DNA from: an uncultured Myxococcales bacterium
Lineage (GTDB): Bacteria > Myxococcota_A > Polyangia > Polyangiales > Polyangiaceae
Length of the DNA stretch: 64,000 nt
NCBI GenBank assembly: GCA_937902985.1
Contig: CALFNG010000206.1
Span: 3,097-67,096, forward strand
Direction of reading: 5' to 3'
Position 1 is the first letter of the stretch; each line of letters opens with the position of its first letter. Below, in pieces: positions 27,785-36,584 of this stretch. Under the pieces are notes generated by a model. It saw only the letters and a program-made list of their open reading frames with translations, searched no databases and was not told the DNA's origin. The translations under genes and the position numbers were made by a program.

Positions 27785-29908
27785 ATGTCTTCGCAGATGT
27801 CCTCGCGCTGGCGCATGCCCCCGTTCTGCAGGCGTCTGATCGCGCTCCTCGCGCTCGTCGCCATCTGCCTGGTCTCGGTCGCTCCCCTGTGCCCTGGCTT
27901 CTCCGGTCTGGCTCGGGCAGGCACCGCGCCGCCCGCGCGCGGGCGCATCCTCCTCACGTTGCCCGACGGCACCCGGGGGCCGCTCGAGCTCCGGCCGTCC
28001 TGGCGGGAGCCGGGCGCGCCGGTCGGATGGGTCGGCGAACTCTCTGTCGTGAACCTGGGCTCCGAGCCGCTCACGGTGTCGCGGGTCGCGATTCGGGGCG
28101 ACGAAGACGACGTCCGCTCCCCCCCGCACGTTGCGGTTCGATTCAAGGAAGGCGCCCCGACGAACGCGACGCTGGCGCCCGGGGCATCCAAGACCCTCGT
28201 CGTCTCCTTCACGCCGGAGAACCCGCGTGTCACGCAGGCTTTCGGTCACGTGATCGTGACGTCGACCGACGAGCAAGCCGGCGAGGTGGCCGTGGGGTTC
28301 CGCGCGCAACTGCCGACGGGCCTCGGCTGGGCAGGGGAGCATGCGCTGACGCTCCTCGTCGCGTTGCCGCTCGCGGTCGCCTTGTTCGCGGGCGGAATGC
28401 GTGCCGCGGGGCGCCCCGACGATGGCGTCGTGCGCAGGGCCTCGATCGCGGTCGCCGGGGTCGAGTTGCTGCTGGCGCTCTGGGCTTACTGGCGGTTCGC
28501 TCCGGGCGTCGGGCGCGGCGACGGCGACGATGGGTTTCAGCTCGTCGAGCGCTCCGTCTGGGTGCGGTCGCTCGGCGCCGAGTGGTACGTGGGGGTCGAC
28601 GGCACCAGCATCGTCCTGATCCTGCTCGCGGCCGCGGTGGGCCTCGTCGCGCTCCTGGTCGCGGGCGAGACACGCCGGACCGACGCCTTCTACGCCGCGC
28701 TGGCGCTCCTCTCGTCGGGCATCGTCGGGGTGCTCGTGGCGCTCGACGCCGTCCTCTTCGTCGGGGCGTGGACGACCGTGCTCGTCGCGTCCGTCGTTCT
28801 CGTCGGGGGCTGGGGCGGCGCGCACCGCCACCGGGCCGCGGCGAAGCTCGGCGCGCTCGGCGCGTTCGGCGCGGCGGCGCTCCTCGTGTCGATCGTGGCG
28901 CTCTCGGGCGCGTCGGGCCGGACGTTCCTCGTCGACGGCACGCCGGTGACGCACACGATGGCGTTCCCGGAGTTCGCACGGACGTCGTTCTCGGCGAGCC
29001 CGCCGATCCTCGGCGTTCCGCTGGTCGAAGCGGCCTGGATCCTGCTGTTCATCGCGGCCGCGGCGGCGGCGCCCGTCGTCCCGCTGCACGGATGGCTCTC
29101 CGACGCGCTCGAAGAAGGGCCGGCGAGCGCTGCGATCGTCCTCGGCGGCGTCGTCGTGGCGCTCGGACCGTACCTCCTCGTCCGGGTCGGCCTGGGCGCG
29201 TTGCCCGAAGGCGCGCACTGGGCGGGCTCGTCGATGGCCGCGCTCGGCGGCCTGGGGGCCGCGTGGGGCGGCCTGGGGGCCATGGCCCAGCGCGATCTGC
29301 GCCGCTTCGTGGCCTACACGATCGTCGCGAACGCCGGGCTCGCCCTCTACGCCCTCGGCTCGCTCACCACGCAAGGGATCGCCGGCGCGACGCTGGCGCT
29401 ATGGTCGCACGGGCTCGCGGCAGCCATCCTCCTTGCGGTCGCCAACGCCCTCGAGCGTCGCGTGGGCACGTGCGACGTCGTGCGTGCCCAGGGTCTCGCG
29501 AGCGACGCGCCGGTGCTCGCCGTGCTCCTGGCCGTGGGGCTCGCTCTCTCGCTCGGGATCCCCGGGCTGGTCGGGTCGTGGGCCCTCGTTCTCGTCCTCG
29601 TGGGCGGTTTCGCGCCGCATCCGCTCGTCGCGCTATGGATGGCCGCGGCGATCGTGGTCTCCGCCGCCGCGCACGCGCGCGTCGCGCGCCTCTTGCTGTT
29701 CGAAGCGGTCGAGCCCGGGTGGCGGCGGAGCCGGCAACTCGAGGCATTCGGGGGTCGGCTGCCCGACGCGACCTCGTTCGAGATGGCGGCCCTCGTTCCG
29801 CTCGCGGCCCTCGCGGTGGGCCTCGGGTTCTGGCCGGCGCCGCTATTGACGCCCATGGAGTCTGCGGCGCGCGATGCCAGCGCCGCCGTCGAGCCGCCTA
29901 CTCCTTGA
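27785..29908 (+). CDS. NuoM-like antiporter-type membrane subunit, degenerate, with an N-terminal signal/TM and an Ig-like (DUF1573/ASH-like) domain
   Basis: The N-domain reads GELSVVNLGSEPLTVSRVAI...ATLAPGASKTLVVSFTPE. Then EWYVGVDGTSIVLILL, DAVLFVGAWTTVLV, WGGAHRHRAAAKL, PVVPLHGWLSDALEEGPASAAIVLGGVVVALGPYLLVR, QRDLRRFVAYTIVANAGL and WSHGLAAAILL track NuoM blocks by eye. The start is ATG 27785, just after the upstream stop. Confidence 0.55.
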   Translation: MSSQMSSRWRMPPFCRRLIALLALVAICLVSVAPLCPGFSGLARAGTAPPARGRILLTLPDGTRGPLELRPSWREPGAPVGWVGELSVVNLGSEPLTVSRVAIRGDEDDVRSPPHVAVRFKEGAPTNATLAPGASKTLVVSFTPENPRVTQAFGHVIVTSTDEQAGEVAVGFRAQLPTGLGWAGEHALTLLVALPLAVALFAGGMRAAGRPDDGVVRRASIAVAGVELLLALWAYWRFAPGVGRGDGDDGFQLVERSVWVRSLGAEWYVGVDGTSIVLILLAAAVGLVALLVAGETRRTDAFYAALALLSSGIVGVLVALDAVLFVGAWTTVLVASVVLVGGWGGAHRHRAAAKLGALGAFGAAALLVSIVALSGASGRTFLVDGTPVTHTMAFPEFARTSFSASPPILGVPLVEAAWILLFIAAAAAAPVVPLHGWLSDALEEGPASAAIVLGGVVVALGPYLLVRVGLGALPEGAHWAGSSMAALGGLGAAWGGLGAMAQRDLRRFVAYTIVANAGLALYALGSLTTQGIAGATLALWSHGLAAAILLAVANALERRVGTCDVVRAQGLASDAPVLAVLLAVGLALSLGIPGLVGSWALVLVLVGGFAPHPLVALWMAAAIVVSAAAHARVARLLLFEAVEPGWRRSRQLEAFGGRLPDATSFEMAALVPLAALAVGLGFWPAPLLTPMESAARDASAAVEPPTP

Positions 29909-30794
29909 GCGCTTCGGCGCCGCCGACGATCTCCATCAGCTCCTTCGTGATTCCCGCCTGACGCGCGCGGTTGTACTCGAGCGTGAGGCGCGCGATCATG
30001 TCCTTCGCGTTGCGGGTCGCCGCGTCCATCGCGGTCATCTGCGCTCCGAAGAAGCTCGCCTGGCTCTCGAGCAGCGCTCGATAGATGGTGATCTCGATGT
30101 ACATCGGCACGAGCCGTTCCAGCAGCGCCGGCTGATTGGGCTCGTAGATGAAATCGCTCTGAGGCGACGCGCCCTCGGCGGGCTGCGCGCTCACGGGCAC
30201 GAGCGGCAGGAGACGATCGACCACGACCTTCTGGGTGATCGCGCTCTTGAACTCGTTGAAGACGAGGTAGACGGAGTCGAACTCGCCCTTCTGGAAGTGC
30301 GACGCGACCCACCCGGAGACGAGGCGTGCCTTCTCAAGGTCGAGCCCGTCGTAGATACGAGGAAAGTCTTGCAAGACCTTGCCGCCGCGGCGCCCGAGGT
30401 ACTCGCGCCCTTTGCGACCCATCGTCGCGAAGGACACGCCGACGTTTCCGCCCTCCTTTTCGCGCCAGAAGCGCTCGGTGGCCTTGTTGATGTTCGTGTT
30501 CAACGCGCCGCAGAGCCCGCGGTCGGCGGTGAAGACCAGGAAGAGCGTCTTGTTCTCGGGCCGCTTGGCGAGCAGGGGATGCGCCGGCTCGTCTTGCGAC
30601 TCGCCGGCCGCCGCCATGGTGCGCGAGACCGACTGCAGCACCTCGCCCGTCTTCACGGCGTACGGGCGCATCGCGACGATTCGCTGCTGCGCGCGCGTCA
30701 GGCGCGCCCCGGCGACCATCTTCATGGCGCGGGTGATCTTCTGCGTCGCCTTCGTGCTGACGATGCGCTTCCGGATCCCCTTGAGCGACGGCAT
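29898..30794 (-). CDS. atpG: F1 ATP synthase gamma subunit
   Basis: MPSLKGIRKRIVSTKATQKITRAMKMVAGARL...ITKELMEIVGGAEALKE*. The start is ATG 30794, 4 nt after the atpA stop. Confidence 0.9.
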   Translation of the reverse strand: MPSLKGIRKRIVSTKATQKITRAMKMVAGARLTRAQQRIVAMRPYAVKTGEVLQSVSRTMAAAGESQDEPAHPLLAKRPENKTLFLVFTADRGLCGALNTNINKATERFWREKEGGNVGVSFATMGRKGREYLGRRGGKVLQDFPRIYDGLDLEKARLVSGWVASHFQKGEFDSVYLVFNEFKSAITQKVVVDRLLPLVPVSAQPAEGASPQSDFIYEPNQPALLERLVPMYIEITIYRALLESQASFFGAQMTAMDAATRNAKDMIARLTLEYNRARQAGITKELMEIVGGAEALKE

Positions 30795-30798
30795 GTCT

Positions 30799-32463
30799 TT
30801 ACTTCTTTCCGTCGGCCGACGAGCCGAACGACCCCGCGAACTCGTCGAGCGCCTTCTTGAGGGTCGCCTCGGTGTCCGCGTCGAGGACCTTCTTGGTCCG
30901 GATGGTCTCGTAGATCGCGGGGTACTTCTTCTCGATGAAGTCGTGGACACCACGCTCGTAAGCGGCGATCTGGGAGATGGCGAGGCGGTCGATGTAGCCG
31001 CGCGTGCCGGCGTAGATGCTGACGATCTGCTTCTCGACGGAGAGCGGAACGTATTGCCCCTGCTTGAGCAGCTCGACGAGGCGCGCGCCGCGCTCGAGCT
31101 GGTTGCGGGTGACCTGGTCGAGATCGCTGGCGAACTGCGCGAAAGCCGCCATCTCGCGGTACTGCGCGAGCTCGAGCTTCAGCTTGCCGGCGTAGGCCTT
31201 CATCGCCTTGATCTGTGCGCTCCCGCCCACCCGGCTGACGCTGATGCCGACGTTGATGGCCGGTCGCACGCCCGAGAAAAAGAGGTCCGTCTCGAGGAAG
31301 ATCTGACCGTCGGTGATCGAGATGACGTTCGTCGGGATGTACGCGCTGACGTCGCCGGCTTGCGTCTCGATGATCGGCAGCGCCGTCAGCGAGCCGCCCG
31401 AGCGCGGGTTGCGCACGATGTGGAAGCCGTCGCCCTTCTCTTTGAGCTCTTCCTCGGCGCGGTGCTTGCCGAGCTCGCCCTTGTGCACCTTCGCGTCGCC
31501 ACGCTTGTCGAAGTCGGTGACGTCTTTCTTGGTGACCGCGAACTCGTCGGCCATCTTCGCCGCGCGCTCGAGGAGGCGCGAGTGGATGTAGAAGACGTCG
31601 CCCGGATACGCCTCGCGGCCCGGCGGGCGACGGAGCAGGAGCGAGAGCTGGCGGTACGCGACCGCCTGCTTCGAGAGATCGTCGTAGATGCAGAGCGCGT
31701 GACGGCCGCTGTCGCGGAAGTACTCCGCCATCGTGACGCCGGAGTACGGGGCGATGAACTGGAGCGGCGCCATCTCGCTCGCGCCGGACACGACGACCGT
31801 CGTGTATTCCATGGCGCCGTACTGGGTGAGCTTGTCGACCACGCTCGCCACGGTCGACTGCTTCTGACCGATGGCGATGTAGAAGCAGTAAACGCCCTGC
31901 CCCTTCTGGTTGATGATCGTGTCGAGGGCGACCGCCGTCTTGCCGGTCTGGCGGTCGCCGATGATGAGCTCGCGCTGGCCGCGGCCGATCGGGACCATGG
32001 CGTCGATGGCTTTGATGCCGGTCTGGAGCGGCTCCTTGACGGGCTGGCGTGCAAGGATGCCCGGGGCCTTGAGCTCGACGCGGCGGCGGTGCGGCGTCTC
32101 GATCGGGCCCTTGCCGTCGATCGGTTGCCCGAGCGCGTTCACAACGCGCCCGACGAGCGCCTCGCCCACGGGGACGTCGAGGATGCGGCCGGTGCGCTTG
32201 ACGACCGCGCCTTCCTTGACGTTCGTGACTTCGCCGAAGCAGGCGGCGCCGACGTTGTCGGCCTCGAGGTTGAGCACGAGGCCCATCAGGTTGCCGGGAA
32301 ACTCGAGGAGCTCGCCCGCCATCGCGCCCTCGAGCCCGTAGATGCGCGCGATTCCGTCGCCCACGCTGAGGACCGTGCCCGTCTCGGTCGTGAGCGCGGC
32401 CTTCTCGTAGTTCTGGATCTGGGTCTTGATGATCGCGGAGATTTCTTCGGCGCGGAGCTGCAT
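30799..32463 (-). CDS. atpA: F1 ATP synthase alpha subunit
   Basis: GDRQTGKT Walker [36 protein letters not shown] and [25 protein letters not shown]. Confidence 0.95.
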   Translation of the reverse strand: MQLRAEEISAIIKTQIQNYEKAALTTETGTVLSVGDGIARIYGLEGAMAGELLEFPGNLMGLVLNLEADNVGAACFGEVTNVKEGAVVKRTGRILDVPVGEALVGRVVNALGQPIDGKGPIETPHRRRVELKAPGILARQPVKEPLQTGIKAIDAMVPIGRGQRELIIGDRQTGKTAVALDTIINQKGQGVYCFYIAIGQKQSTVASVVDKLTQYGAMEYTTVVVSGASEMAPLQFIAPYSGVTMAEYFRDSGRHALCIYDDLSKQAVAYRQLSLLLRRPPGREAYPGDVFYIHSRLLERAAKMADEFAVTKKDVTDFDKRGDAKVHKGELGKHRAEEELKEKGDGFHIVRNPRSGGSLTALPIIETQAGDVSAYIPTNVISITDGQIFLETDLFFSGVRPAINVGISVSRVGGSAQIKAMKAYAGKLKLELAQYREMAAFAQFASDLDQVTRNQLERGARLVELLKQGQYVPLSVEKQIVSIYAGTRGYIDRLAISQIAAYERGVHDFIEKKYPAIYETIRTKKVLDADTEATLKKALDEFAGSFGSSADGKK

Positions 32464-32501
32464 CGGCGTTTCCTTCTATGAACCTGGATCGGAGAGAGAG
32501 C

Positions 32502-32537
32502 GCAAGCCAGGCAAGCCAGGCAAGCCAGGCAAGCCAG
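32502..32537. repeat. 9-bp tandem repeat (GCAAGCCAG x4) in the atpH-atpA intercistronic region
   Basis: Read directly. It is preceded on the mRNA strand by an imperfect hairpin (GGGAAGGTCGCG...CGCGCCTTTCCC) at roughly 32538-32570. Confidence 0.9.
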
Positions 32538-32574
32538 GGAAAGGCGCGGCGGAGGCGCGACCTTCCCTTTTTCG

Positions 32575-33123
32575 TCACGCTCCCGTGGGCATGAGCGCGT
32601 CGCGGAGCGACTGGAGGCGCGTACGGAGGCTTCCGTCGAGGATGCGGTTGCCGATCCGGGTAACGACGCCCGCGATGAGCATCGGATCCGTGCGGCGCTC
32701 GACCACCACGCGCTTGCCCGTCATCTTCTCGAGCTGAGCCTCGAGCCGCGCGTAGTACGTGTCGGAGAGCGGGGCCGCGGTCGTCACCTCTGCGCGGAGG
32801 AGACCCTTCCGCGCGTCGGCCAGCTCGCGCAGGGTCTGCGCCAGGTAAGGCAAGGAGCGGGCACGGCGCCGATCGACCAGGAGGAGCACCGTGTGTCGCG
32901 TCGTCGAGCTGGCCCCGATGCGCTCGGCGACGTCGTTGATGACCGCCTTCTTGGCGGCGTGGGCAACGAGCGGATTCTCGATGACGTTGCGAAGCTCGGG
33001 GCTCGTCTCCCAGGCGGAGGCGAAGGCGGCCATCTCGTCGACGATCCCGTCGAGCTGTCCGAGCTCGACCCCGATCTCGAGGACGGCCTTCGCGTATCGG
33101 CGCGCTACGATGGAAATGCTCAT
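32575..33123 (-). CDS. atpH: F1 ATP synthase delta (OSCP) subunit
   Basis: 182 aa, VARRYAKAVLEI...ENP......K......I. The position between the b and alpha subunit genes fits, and its start has an ATGA overlap with the upstream stop. Confidence 0.85.
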   Translation of the reverse strand: MSISIVARRYAKAVLEIGVELGQLDGIVDEMAAFASAWETSPELRNVIENPLVAHAAKKAVINDVAERIGASSTTRHTVLLLVDRRRARSLPYLAQTLRELADARKGLLRAEVTTAAPLSDTYYARLEAQLEKMTGKRVVVERRTDPMLIAGVVTRIGNRILDGSLRTRLQSLRDALMPTGA

Positions 33124-33884
33124 GGCGGGCTCCCGCTGCCGGATTCCGTGGGGGGAACGGCGCTGCGCTGCTGCGCGAGCGACGGCGTGCGATCTCGGTC
33201 GGCGCGGCCGCCCAGGTCGGCGAGGTATTCCTCGGCCAGGCGTTCCTGATCGGCGGGGGTGACTCGCTTCTTCAGCAGGTCTTCGGCTGCGAGCACCGCG
33301 GCTTCGACCGTGTCGCGCCAGAGCTCACCGCGGATCTGCTTCAGCTCTTGCTCGACGAGGAACTCGGCGTCCTTGCGCATGCGCTCGGCCTTGGCCTCGG
33401 CCTCGGCCACGATGCGCTCGCTCTCGGCTTCGCCCGCCCGCACCAGCGATTCGCGCGCGGCCCGGAGCTCGTCTTCGAGCTTCTCGAGCTTGTGCTGGTA
33501 AGTCTTCGCGCGCTCTTCCGCCTCGTGCTTCATGCGCTGCGCTTCTTCGATCTCCTTCGAGATCGTGTCCCGCCTCGCCTGGAGGCCGGCGGCGATCGGC
33601 TTCTTGCCCAGGAGGTAGTAGCCGGCCGCGAGGATGCCGAAGTTGATCAGCATCGCGATGTAGGGCGGCGTCTCTCCGCCGAAGACGGTCCAGTTGAACG
33701 GCGCCGGGCCTTCGCCCTCGCCCGCCGGTTTCTCGCTCTCGTTCGCTGCCGCCGCGGCGGCTCCCTTTTCCTCCTTCGGCTTCGGCTCGGTCTGCGCCCA
33801 GGCCCAGACCGACCACGACGTGACGACGACCATGCTGGCGAACGCGATCCGCCGCGCGACGGCCCCGAGCGGGCGGCGACTCAC
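33120..33884 (-). CDS. atpF: F0 ATP synthase subunit b with a long signal-like/low-complexity N-terminal extension
   Basis: A TM helix (PPYIAMLINFGILAAGYYLL) is followed by a long charged coiled coil (RRDTISKEIEEAQRMKHEAEERAK...). About 85 aa precede the TM helix. GTGA overlap with the upstream gene. Confidence 0.8.
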   Translation of the reverse strand: MSRRPLGAVARRIAFASMVVVTSWSVWAWAQTEPKPKEEKGAAAAAANESEKPAGEGEGPAPFNWTVFGGETPPYIAMLINFGILAAGYYLLGKKPIAAGLQARRDTISKEIEEAQRMKHEAEERAKTYQHKLEKLEDELRAARESLVRAGEAESERIVAEAEAKAERMRKDAEFLVEQELKQIRGELWRDTVEAAVLAAEDLLKKRVTPADQERLAEEYLADLGGRADRDRTPSLAQQRSAVPPTESGSGSPP

Positions 33885-34366
33885 GACTGCACCTCTCGCC
33901 CGAGAACGCGACCCGCGAGATCGCGCGCGAGGGCGCCGCTCTGAGCCTTCAACGTGGCGCGGACGCGCTCGGCCTCGGCCAGAGCAGACTTCTTGCCGTC
34001 TTCGAGGGTTTGAGCGGCCGCGGCACGCACGGTGCCGAGGATTTCCTGTTCCTTGCGAACCGCCTCGGCGCGGATCTTTTCACGCTCGGCGTTGGCCGTC
34101 GCCCGGGCCTTGGCCATCTCCGTCTCGTACTTCGCGAGCGCGGATGCCGACCGTTCGTCGATCTTGCGGGCCTGCATCTTGGCCCCGTCGATGCGCCGCT
34201 CACGCTCCTCGAAGAGCTTGAGCATCGGATCGAAGAGGAGCGGTTTGAGGACCAGCGTCAGCGCGGCGAACAGCACGAACTGAACGAGGAACGTGGCGTC
34301 GAAGTCGACCGATATGGCCTGGGGTGCCGCTGCCAGGAGGCCGTCGTCGAGGGAGGCGAGAAGCAT
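33881..34366 (-). CDS. F0 ATP synthase subunit b' (second b-type subunit)
   Basis: FLVQFVLFAALTLVLKPLLFDPMLKLFEERERRIDG... is followed by a coiled coil. It is the first gene of the local atp cluster. Confidence 0.75.
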   Translation of the reverse strand: MLLASLDDGLLAAAPQAISVDFDATFLVQFVLFAALTLVLKPLLFDPMLKLFEERERRIDGAKMQARKIDERSASALAKYETEMAKARATANAEREKIRAEAVRKEQEILGTVRAAAAQTLEDGKKSALAEAERVRATLKAQSGALARDLAGRVLGREVQS

Positions 34367-34580
34367 GCGTCTCGATTAGGGTTCCGACCCTGCTCCGGGA
34401 GGCCGGAGTCGTGTCGTCCGGATGGGGGGAAATCTCGCGCCGGCCAGTACCATTCCGAGGGCCTCGTGTCCAGGGTGCGTCTCGTGATCGCACGCCACGG
34501 GAGCGCCAGGGACTTCGGGGACGTCTGGCGCAGGCGCAGCCCGGGCGTCGCAGCGAAGTCGCGGGGGCTTCCCGCTGGGG

Positions 34581-35240
34581 TCAGGCGTGCGTCAGGTCGT
34601 CGAGGATCTGCGAGGCATGAACGGTCACGTCCACCTTCCGGTACGCCTTCGCGACGTTCCCGTCCGTTCCGATGACGAACGTCTGGCGCTGGTGATGCCC
34701 CTCGAAGGGCACGCCGTAGCTGCCGCCGATCTTGCCGTCGGGATCGCTGAGCAAGAGGAACGGCAGCTTGTAGTGGGCGACGAAGTCCTTGTGGGACTCG
34801 GCCGAGTCGGCCGAGATGCCGATCAAGACGGCTCCGGTCTTCGCGATGTCTTGCCAGGCGTCACGGAAGGAGCATGCCTCCTTCGTGCAGCCCGGGGTCT
34901 CGTCCTTCGGGTAGAAATAGACGACGACGCGCTTGCCCTTGAGAGCCGCGAGGTGAACGGACGAGCCGTCCTGCGCCTTGCCGGTGAAGTCGGGCGCGGG
35001 CTTCCCGACGAGATCGTCCGGGGTTACGACCGCGGTTGCCGACGCCGCCGCGGGCGCGACAGCGGGGGCGCTCGCGACGGGCCTCGGCTCGGCGGCCGGG
35101 ACCGCCGTGACGGTCGTCGGTGGACTCGCGCCCGTCGACGAGGTCTCCGCGCACGCGGAGATGATGATGGCCGCGAGGCTCGAAACGATCGCAAAGAGAG
35201 GCCCTGAGGTGGTGCGGTATGGCTTTGACACGCCGCGCAT
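34581..35240 (-). CDS. bcp: Bcp-type peroxiredoxin (AhpC/TSA family), lipoprotein-anchored
   Basis: A signal/lipobox (LFAIVSSLAAIIISAC), a Pro/Ala/Thr linker, PAPDFTGKAQDGSSVHLAALKGKRVVVYFYPKDETPGCTKEACSFRD and GISADS..SHK.F. Confidence 0.85.
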   Translation of the reverse strand: MRGVSKPYRTTSGPLFAIVSSLAAIIISACAETSSTGASPPTTVTAVPAAEPRPVASAPAVAPAAASATAVVTPDDLVGKPAPDFTGKAQDGSSVHLAALKGKRVVVYFYPKDETPGCTKEACSFRDAWQDIAKTGAVLIGISADSAESHKDFVAHYKLPFLLLSDPDGKIGGSYGVPFEGHHQRQTFVIGTDGNVAKAYRKVDVTVHASQILDDLTHA

Positions 35241-35299
35241 GGTCGCGACGAAAACTCGCGAGCGCAAGGGCCCTGTTACGCCCCCCGTGAACGTGGGCA

Positions 35300-36268
35300 T
35301 TACGGCGATTCGGTGCGACTGCCCCAGATCACGACCTGATTGCGGCCTCCGTCTTTCGCCTTGTAGAGCGCCTGATCGGCCTGACGCAGGAGCTCCTCCA
35401 CGGTCACGAGCCCCTCGTGTTCCGCCGCTGCGACGCCAATCGATATGGTGACTTCCGGTAGGCCAGCGGAAGTCTGGGAGCGCCCGGCGACGGCACGTCG
35501 AAGGCGCTCCCCCACGATGCGCGCGTCGGCCGAGCGGGTCTCCGGGAGGATGACCATGAACTCCTCACCCCCGTAGCGTCCGGCCATATCCGTCGTCCGG
35601 ACGGTCTCCATCAGGGTGGCCCCCACTTCGACCAGCACCCGGTCGCCCACCGGGTGCCCGAACGTGTCGTTGACCTTCTTGAAGTGATCCACGTCGAGCA
35701 TGAGACAGGCGAGAGGGTGCCGATAGCGCTTTGCCCGTGCGAACTCGAACGCCAGCCGCTCCGACAGAACCCGGCGGTTCGGAAGCTGGGTCAGCGCATC
35801 GATGGTGGCGAGCGCGTGCAGCCTGGCGTTTGCCGTCGCGAGCTCGTCAGCGAGCCTCTTGATGCGCAGCATCGACGAAACCCGAATCTGCAGTTCGAGG
35901 GCATTGACCGGCTTGGTCAAGAACTCGTCGGCCCCGGCAGCAAGGCCGCGCCGCTTCGACTCGAGATCCTCGAGGGCCGTGAGGAGGATGATCGGAACGA
36001 ACCTCCCCTCGCGCTTGAAGATCTGCGAAAGCTTGTAGCCGTCGACGTGCGGCATGAGGACGTCGAGCATGACGAGGTCCGGGTTCACGGACCGATAGAG
36101 CCGCAAGGCCTCGGAGAGGGAGGTGGCGGTGAAAGCAAGCGCCGCCCAGTCCTCCACGACACGGGAAAAATGCTTACACTGCAGGGGATCGTCGTCGATG
36201 ATCAGGATGCGAGCGCCGCGCAGCGACGCCTCCACCCACTCGCCCGGACGAATCGACATCAGCGCCAC
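35300..36268 (-). CDS. Response regulator-diguanylate cyclase (REC-GGDEF)
   Basis: REC: ILIIDDD...DLVMLDVLMPHVDGY...LTA. GGDEF: DALTQLPNRR...MLDVDHFKKVND.FGH.VGD.VL...GRYGGEEF...SIGVA...ADQALYKAKDGGRNQV. Confidence 0.85.
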   Translation of the reverse strand: MALMSIRPGEWVEASLRGARILIIDDDPLQCKHFSRVVEDWAALAFTATSLSEALRLYRSVNPDLVMLDVLMPHVDGYKLSQIFKREGRFVPIILLTALEDLESKRRGLAAGADEFLTKPVNALELQIRVSSMLRIKRLADELATANARLHALATIDALTQLPNRRVLSERLAFEFARAKRYRHPLACLMLDVDHFKKVNDTFGHPVGDRVLVEVGATLMETVRTTDMAGRYGGEEFMVILPETRSADARIVGERLRRAVAGRSQTSAGLPEVTISIGVAAAEHEGLVTVEELLRQADQALYKAKDGGRNQVVIWGSRTESP

Positions 36269-36368
36269 CCGGAGCGAAACGCGCTGGGCGTCAGACGGTC
36301 GCGTCGCCTTTGGCCGTACGCACAGGCTCCTCTTCCGACTGCTTCTCGCATCGTCAGCCCCCCGGTAT

Positions 36369-36404
36369 GACTCAAGCCGTGCGACTCAAGTGGTGTGACT
36401 CAAG
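36369..36404. promoter_or_regulatory. Three direct GACTCAAG repeats at an exact 14-bp period in the divergent REC-GGDEF / hybrid kinase promoter region
   Basis: gactcaag occurs at 36369, 36383 and 36397 (tatGACTCAAGccg tgcGACTCAAGtgg tgtGACTCAAGgcc). Confidence 0.45.
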
Positions 36405-36584
36405 GCCGCACGACATTCTTGCACGCTCCGTGTGCTTCGCCCATGCGCCGTTCGTGCCTCCATGACCGGTGGTGACTTGTGGTCAGGCAATTTGCACGGC
36501 CGCCATATTTTGTTGCGACCAAGCTTCGATGGCGCGAGACTACCGTGGGGGGGCTTGAAGAACGGCAGAGGGGCTCCCGTTGTC

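Noticed and set aside
11644-36404. Whether any of the short tandem repeats (11644, 14292, 21881, 22988, 32502, 36369) could be a CRISPR array.
   Set aside because: The units are 8-20 bp and directly abutting, or separated by 6 bp, with no unique spacers of 25-40 bp. No cas genes are present.
36483-36503. TGGTCAGGCAATTTGCA upstream of the hybrid kinase gene, as a possible sigma-54 promoter.
   Set aside because: The spacing is GG-N11-GC, one base too long, and the -24 element is TGGTCA rather than TGGCAC.
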